Part shown: positions 51,391-59,196 of the stretch, piece after piece
How the letters are laid out: each line of letters opens with the position of its first letter
How positions within the stretch are numbered: position 1 is the first letter of the stretch
Assembly: GCA_003344405.1 (NCBI GenBank)
Contig: NOWV01000154.1
Span: forward strand, 124,001 to 183,196
DNA: 59,196 nucleotides
Direction of reading: 5' to 3'
Origin: Trichoplax sp. H2
Lineage: Eukaryota
Position numbers and translations under genes: made by a program
Notes under the pieces: generated by a model
What the model was told of the DNA's origin: nothing
Databases searched by the model: none
The model's input: the letters and a program-made list of their open reading frames with translations, nothing else

Positions 51391-52973
51391 ATACAAACTC
51401 TATTGTCGAAAAAAATTTGATTTATCTTCAAGAAAATTTATTTTATTTATACATTCCCGAAAAAACGTTCGAATATAGCCAGTTCTGGCGATAAATTCGG
51501 ATTTAGCCCCCTCGAAATAGCCATACTCTGGACTCTTCTATTCCTCATCATAAGCTGGATATATGATGTATATAAGTACTGTATTGCTATTGTACGGTCT
51601 TGCTAAGAGTATTGATCAATATGTGGTACATTCCATCAATACAGAACTTAGGAATGTGGCTGCTGTACAGTACAGTACAGTCAGTGTAATTATACATTTA
51701 ACACACTGTAGAGACAATAATGTTCTGGTCACTAATTGCGACATATAGAACTCAAGACATTTGGTCTCCACTAGATAGTCTTACCTTTATTCTAATTTCT
51801 CCGCTTCCTTTTGTCTAGTTATTAATTTCCGTATTCAAGATATGCGTGTATAGTATACACTACCACTACCTTATCTAGCGCATCAATAGAAGCTCTTATC
51901 CTCTATGTCCTAATCTAGAAGTAATCATTTCATTTTTATTTTATTACACAAACACTAGCAATTTAGTGTGCAACAAATGGAATATCATCATAACTACAGT
52001 TTACAACATATCATATACTCCGAACGTAAATTATCCTAACCCACAGTAGGTCATAATTAATAACCAGTATTTAATAATAAATGTTAAATAATTATAGTCT
52101 AAAGGTAAATCGCACTTGTAAACATGCGAGGCTTTGTTGCAGCAATGATCGAAAAACTTTCAGAAAAAGTTCAGTTGGCCATGGGCCATTCATGGACTAA
52201 TTATATTATTTAGAAGAGCGACACCGACGCTAATAGCAAATGAATTAACGCACGTTATCTAATCTCTTCCCCCCTCGGAGCATCAGTCCTTTATTTTATA
52301 TTTACAAAAACGTGTGCCATCATCTAAACCTCAATAAAAACGTACAATACGATACGTTATAAAATTGTAGAATGTTAGCGTCATTTGTACTGTAACGAAT
52401 TGAAAATTACCATCCATGTTCACTATTTTTATAGGTAATATTACTACAGTATACTGTATATGTATATGTGTGTATGTATACTATACAATGTAAAGTAATA
52501 ATTGATTTAAGTTACACTTATACCGCAATCCAATACTAATTCTCTATTTTTTACTATGTTCAATTACAATTCTACTACATTATGCAGCTACACAAATGAA
52601 ATCAGGGACTACAACAGAACATAGTATAGAAAGGAAACAATGTTATCAACATATCTCATAATTAATATACTGTTTCAACCTGTAGTAACCTATGTTATCC
52701 ACAACTTATAGTAGTTTACAAATATTCTAAATAAGTTCTCGTATACAAGATGGAGTATAACTCCATTACAAGTTATGTAGTAATATCTGATATTTAGTAA
52801 AATTACGACAGTTATTGTAATAAAATACTCCATTCTTTACGTAGCTTGCTTTCGTTTGCCTTATCTTGTTGAAATATTATCATCCATATGGTATGACTTT
52901 CGGAGTAAATACTCTTTACCCTGTAAGTTACGGGCTTATCTTCATGGCTTGAGTTGATCCTGATCGATGATGA

Positions 52974-55900
52974 CTAGCTAAACTTGATATTCGCTTGTTG
53001 AGATCCGTCATGCTCTCCCGCTAGGCGATTGCTAGATGATTGTCGGCTAGGAATACTGTAACGTTTATTCAACAAATTGCCTGTAAGGAAGGAAGACGAA
53101 CCCATGAAAACATCATTATTACAATCATCAAGGAAATATTGTTGTTCGAATAATATTGTATTATCGCAGTTCTGATTGTCGATTAATGTGTTCGCTACAA
53201 TGTTGCTAATATGTTGCGTTAAATCTGAATTATCGAAATTTCTTATTCCTGAAAGAATATTTGAACGTCCGTTTTCATACTGTCTTGAATTATTACTCAT
53301 GCTCTTTTCACAACAAAGCATTGCACAACCATTTATTTGATATTCTGACGATTCAGGTCTTTTTTTCAGGCTCTCTTCCCCCTCTAGATCACTGAGATAT
53401 AATAAGAAAATAGTTTATGTAAGTTTAATCAATTATCACAACATTGGCTATGATTTTGACGAAGAAAGCACGTTTTAAACTTTAAATTACTATTTAATCA
53501 AGATAAAATCAAAGGTGCTAATAGAAAAATGATATCTTCATAAAATTAATTCCATTTGTTTGAGTCGTGTTGTTATTTTAAGTAATTACTATAATAATCT
53601 GTAATATTATTTTGTATCGAACCTGACAACACGATATGTCACCATCAAACTATCTAAAGTTGATTTCTTGAATACACATCTTGCAGTACCATGGACCCAT
53701 ATCCAATGTTGTGATTTTGTTAACAAGCGAAATGTACCACTTCGAGCTTCACCTAATGATTTTTTAAAGACTGCGGAAATTGTGAGTATAATTCTTGGAT
53801 AGTGATCCAAGATCAAATATTATTTAATTTGAACAAATCTGTCCAAAATTAAGTACGCAAGACATCAATGTAAAAGAGAAAATTAAAAAGAAACTCACCA
53901 TTAACGTGTTTCTGAGCGATGTAATTGACATCTCCTTGATGAATCAATTTATAGGCAGAAGTGCCTATCAGCTCCTTTCTAGTGAATCCTAAGACTTTCA
54001 TTAACCTTCGTAGAGAAGCACATGAGTACACTAAATCTCACAGTTAATGATTGCATACGGACGAAATTAATGTAAAAATTTTAAAACAAACTATAATATT
54101 AATTACATATTTAAATTATGTCACTTACATATCATCTACTTCAAGAAAAGTAAAGTCAATTGTATGTTTGGATTGAAAGATAACGTTTTTCGGATAAAGC
54201 CCAATCGATAAGGAATCAGGCATTATGGCAGTGCATGTAGCAAATAGCGTCCATTTATTTTCGGTATATAGCTTTTTTATTTTTCCATGAATATGAATTG
54301 CCTAAAAACATAGAATGCAAACTCAATTTATTCCAATAATTACCAAGAAATAGCGAAGTAAGTACTACCAGATACAAATTATGAGATTCTGTAACGCAGA
54401 TACACCTTATAATCATTTCGTGAAGGTAAGACACATTTCATTTGACAAACGCAAGAAAATATGGTAGTATTTCCTAGATTGATTATGACACATAGTTCAA
54501 TTAATGACATAATTTTTACTGTTGTAATTGCTACACATTATAGGATCACTAGATATTAATGCCGAACGTACTGTAAATGAGTATGCGCCTCGATAAATTA
54601 CGTGAGTTCGTAATTCGATTTGTCTAATAAATGAAATTCCAATCCGTAACAAATAAATATAAAATTAATCGAGGGCAATTAATCATACACCTCAGTTGCT
54701 ACATGTTGTAATTTCAACTGCTAACTTACGCGATGATCATTATGGTGAATTTGAGCATGTTGACATGCTGCTAAAAGTTGATTTTGAAACATTGGACTGT
54801 CTTTATGGTGCAAATAGTCATAGATACTGTGATGCATAATATCAACCTTAGATTTTAAATGTAAAGTAAAAGCAAATCCTGATTACTTACGATAAGTTTA
54901 AAAGCGCTTACAAACAGCAAATTTAATCATACAATAATTTAAATATTTATACTTGCCTGATTTAAACCTAAAAATTTTGAAACAGATGATGAAACAAAAA
55001 ATATTTCACCGTCTACTGTTACTAGAATTATAAACCCGTTGAGTGCCTAATAAGATTAATTAAGATCTGAAATTAGTGTTATTTAGCAAATCATATATTA
55101 TAACGAGTAGCAAGCTATTCTGCGTGTACTACACAATATATTGTTGACCGTAACAATATTCGATAGCTCATATATATAGTATATAAAATTATTATATGTC
55201 TTTATCAAAGTTAATTAAAACACGAAACTGATCACGTCATACTGGCTTTTATTTTATAATAAGCATATTAAAATTTATAACCTCCATCAATAATTCTCCT
55301 TCCGGTAAACCACTAGAGGATTTACTCGAGCTATTCGTACTATTTTGATATGAGCTGCATGAGCTACTTTCTGAACTACTGCTCGTACTGCCTTCACCTC
55401 CTGAATCCGCGCTAATATCTGCAATTTGATTCACACCTTGTAAGTAATTAATATTTGGATTTAAAACTTTGCATACAGTCTAAATCCTTTATGAAATATT
55501 ACGAACATTCCATAAATTATAAAGCTATTTTATATAAGGTATATACCCATATATTTATATACTTTTAAAATTTTTCAAGAAACTGCGATCGCTATGTCCG
55601 GTGAAATCAGGAATATACAGCAATTACGTAGATATATATTAACTACGCTTTTAAACTTACGGTACACCCTTGAGTGTCAGTATTTGTTTTTATTTTAATT
55701 TAATGGAATTCGATCTACATAGTAGCGTTTATGAGCTGCCAGCGTTTACAGTCTAGGACAACAACTAATTTTGGGGCTCTTAGCTGGAGAAACTCGATCA
55801 TCTTATGATAACAACAGTAATTAAACACAGTATGGTTTTATTCGGAAGCATTACAAAATTTTTGATTTTAACTATTTGAAAATGATTATTTGTATTTACC

Positions 55901-56918
55901 GTAAGCATAAGTACTAATGTATTTTTTATTTATTAACTGTGTCGCATTTCATATATTGACTATTATAGATATGGTATAGTGCATTTGTTGAATATGAGCT
56001 ACATACTGAAATACGTACGAGAATTTTTTTATTATATGAAATTATATGCATCTTGTAGTGCTATGCTCGTATATGTACTATCGTGCTAAAACGATTTAGC
56101 ACACTAAAATATGAATATGCATAATTGTAAAATCTAAAAATGCAAGCTTAAGCGAAAATACTAAGGTTAAATATTTAAAATTTGCGTCAACAAAGCATCA
56201 CGATAAGAATTCTTATTAAAGGAATAGTAATTTCATAATTGGTATCGTATAATATTATGAGGTTGCACAATATGGTATCAAAATTTATATCTTAACAGTG
56301 CACATAAATAATGTATTCATCTGTTACTTTTTATGACTTACGTTTTAGCAAAGTCTTCGCTCTGAGATAACTAACTGATAGCCGAAGAATTGATAATTTG
56401 TCCAGTTTTGCAATTTTGCCATTATTACAAGGTAATAACTTGGTTAGATTATCTAATTCGCAGTTAAGTTTATCCCGATGGCGTTTTGACGGATTTGTTG
56501 AAGCTAATATGCTACATATTGATAAAAATAATTTATTTAAGGCAACTCCGATCATATAGATTAGCAATGGTAACGTTACGTAAAGATTCTGTATTTGGTA
56601 ATGTTGCAACATTTGTCGTTGCATATCTACTACGACCTATTGTGATAGCATTTACTGTACTTCAAAGGTCATAACCAATATAATAACCCTAGACAAATAC
56701 TTAAGGAAGTAATGGAAGAAATTAACAGCAATGGACCAATAGTTATTTTCTAATCTAGAACGATCTACTGTCATGGACTGCAAATTATATGTATACTGTA
56801 GTTCATACTAGTGCTATAGAGTACGGCACTACATTGATTTGTAAAAATTACGCATTTGAGCTAGCTATCTTATCACCCACCTATGTTTTACGTGTCTTCG
56901 CTTTCGACGGCCAAACAT
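52974..56918 (-). CDS. AHR: Aryl hydrocarbon receptor-like bHLH-PAS transcription factor
   Basis: Exons 56918-56881 ([12 protein letters not shown]), a probable exon ending 56580, 56503-56342 ([36 protein letters not shown]), 55436-55282 (LPEGELLME), 55046-54957 (ALNGFIILV), 54846-54730, a probable small exon near 54600, 54473-54406, 54301-54129 ([10 protein letters not shown]), 54005-53899, 53770-53623 ([13 protein letters not shown]), 53391-52974. NPSKRHR and [15 protein letters not shown] are AHR signatures. Confidence 0.92.
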
Positions 56919-58616
56919 TGCAGATACATGAAGAGTAATGATTCTATAATTTAATATTAAGTTAATAAAAACAAAGTATTCATTATTCATATGTAGTTTG
57001 ATATAAAATTGATCAATTATAATTATTTAATCAGTGTATGCATGCTACGTGTAGCGGATGAAATATTCATTGCACTATAGTACAGTACAGTAGAGTTACC
57101 AGGTGATGTGGTACAGTACCGCGCGAGTAGATAAGCGTAAATATCTCGTATTATGTGTTACTAACTGTACGGTACGAATAGTCAGTGAGCTGGTATATAA
57201 GGTCGAGCTCATAAAATAAAAAGGTATATCTTCTTTACAGGGATCTATATGTTAGGTTGCGTCACTATATTGATTAAAGATTTAACAGTGTATACTACAC
57301 TTTATAATAGAAAATATAACATACAATATTAACTACCCAAACAATAACTTTGGTACTTGCTAGATAGTGCAATCATATTATTACTATTTACTATATTTGA
57401 AAATAATAGCTAGTAATACTTTCTTATTTACTTGCCTCTAATATTAAGTCAACTTCGTGCCAATACCTGACGAGCTTAAGAATTTTGTCCAGGTTTTGTC
57501 TCACATATGAGCGCAAATTCTAGATCCCAATACTGAACGTCAGCCGAATTGTTTAGATTGCGATTCGTAATGTACTACGTATTAGCGTTTAGTAGCTTCT
57601 CAGTTGATGCGCTCAATCCTCAAAAATTATTTACGTAAGCTAATACTTGCACGTTTAAGATACGGTAAAGTAATCGTAACCCTGATTTTGTGCGTAAAAT
57701 TTATCTGCAGAGAATCCTGTTCGTTGATTCACCTTAGTATCGTACCTTTAATACGCTTATTAATTAGATGAAAATGTTATCTGAAAATCACCTATGAATT
57801 CCTAATCGAAAATACGAGTACAACTGAATAAAGCATTTAAAGTAGAACCTGAAACTGTTGAACTGCATTTGTTTATTCGGAGATAACGCGGCTTATACCT
57901 GCTAAAAATGACTTAAAATTAAGAATGAAGGTAGTAATTAGCACCTAGAACATTGTTCTTTAGTATCTCTATCCTTGAATTTTGTCGCTGATTCAAACTA
58001 TTACGCTATGCCTGTTAGTATGTAGGGTATTTTACGTATTTGTCGTATGATAGTACCGTGCTATCTTCACAATGTCAAGCTATATACTTTTATAACTAAC
58101 CACTATTCTATTTTCGGTAGGAAGAGGAAATTTTAGAACGTTAACTCAATTTAAAGCTGCCACAAACAAATCCAATTTTAAATTCGAATACTTCAGGAAT
58201 CACCTAAATTAATCATTAAATCAAATGACTTCTTGAGATAAGATGAAAACGATTGCGCTCGTTTCCTTGATTTACGACAGTTATTTTAAGATCAAGATCA
58301 ATCAATTTTATTGCACCGACACAGCAAAATGTAGTATTGAACTGTGTACTGGAAAACAATTTTCGCTATCTATTTCCGGAGCTTTAATAATTAATTAATA
58401 TAAATTTTGGTGTTTTAAAACTGTTCGTTATGATTATAATATTGATATTAGGCGCTATTTACCACTAGATCAGAACACCAGCATGATTTTATAGTCGCAT
58501 AGACGTACTGTATACAGTAGTTACATATGTGCAATCATTATTTACTATCAATTTATTTCCTTTATTTACGAAAATGTGATACAATCAAATCACTGGAAGA
58601 CCGATTGAACATGTGC

Positions 58617-59100
58617 TACAGTACAGTATACTAATATAATACTGCAGTACAGTACTGTACTGTACTAGTTGCTACGTCTAACTATTGACTTTCGATTTCT
58701 CTTTACGGTGCTGTACAGTACTGTACTGTACTGTACACTCAGTGCCCAGTACTGTACAGTACTGTATTACTGAGTTTCTAAATTCGTAGATACTGTACAG
58801 AGTACAGTACTGTAGAGTGTAAAAGTTTGGTAGAAATTTTAAATGGGTAAAATATCTTAGTCAAATGCAGGAGACTGGTATGTACTGTACAGCGTGCAGT
58901 ACTGTTCAGTATTCAGTTAGTAACTGTAAAAGTACTGTACTGTACTGTACGTACACTATAAAGTACAGCACTGTACTGTACAGTAAAGTGTACAGTACAG
59001 TACAGTACTGTACTGTACAGTATAGTAATGAAACATCTACAGTACTGTACTGTATGTAAATTATTCGTAAAATATTCGAATAATACTGTAACTACTGTAC
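58617..59100. repeat. (TACAG)n/(CTGTA)n array at the right end of the window
   Basis: Longest array in the window, e.g. tacagtacagtacagtactgtactgtacag at ~58991-59020. Confidence 0.9.
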
Positions 59101-59196
59101 GACTTCCTGGACTAGCGATTTCCGATTAAGGCATTACTGTAATTAAGTAATAACATATTTCACTGCTGTTAAATCATATTATTATTACGGTACAGC

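Noticed and set aside
58617-59100. Repeat arrays as a CRISPR-like locus
   Set aside because: Degenerate pentamer microsatellite with no constant repeat/unique spacer periodicity; eukaryotic context and no cas genes.

Overview
AT-rich, intron-rich eukaryotic genomic DNA with short spliceosomal introns. It looks like a compact early-branching animal genome; a placozoan such as Trichoplax is my inference, not something the sequence proves. I reconstructed eight protein-coding genes by hand: HUNK-like kinase (+), YRDC/Sua5 (-), a synaptotagmin-like Rab27 effector (-), PDHA1 (+), two tandem EHD ATPases with intronless CDSs (+,+), CEP43/FGFR1OP with an internal EF-hand pair (-) and an AHR-type bHLH-PAS factor (-). 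Most short ORFs in the supplied track are exon fragments or repeat artefacts. The main unexplained non-coding signal is a set of polarity-switching (TACAG)n/(CTGTA)n palindromic arrays just upstream of the housekeeping genes. They co-occur with a ~557-bp element bounded by terminal inverted repeats (TIRs) and with degenerate copies of its TIR motif. Other notable points are three GC-AG introns, a divergent EHD paralogue lacking the NPF-pocket Trp, a candidate microexon, and an apparently missing C2B domain in the Slp gene. I recognised no rRNA, tRNA, CRISPR array or transposase.
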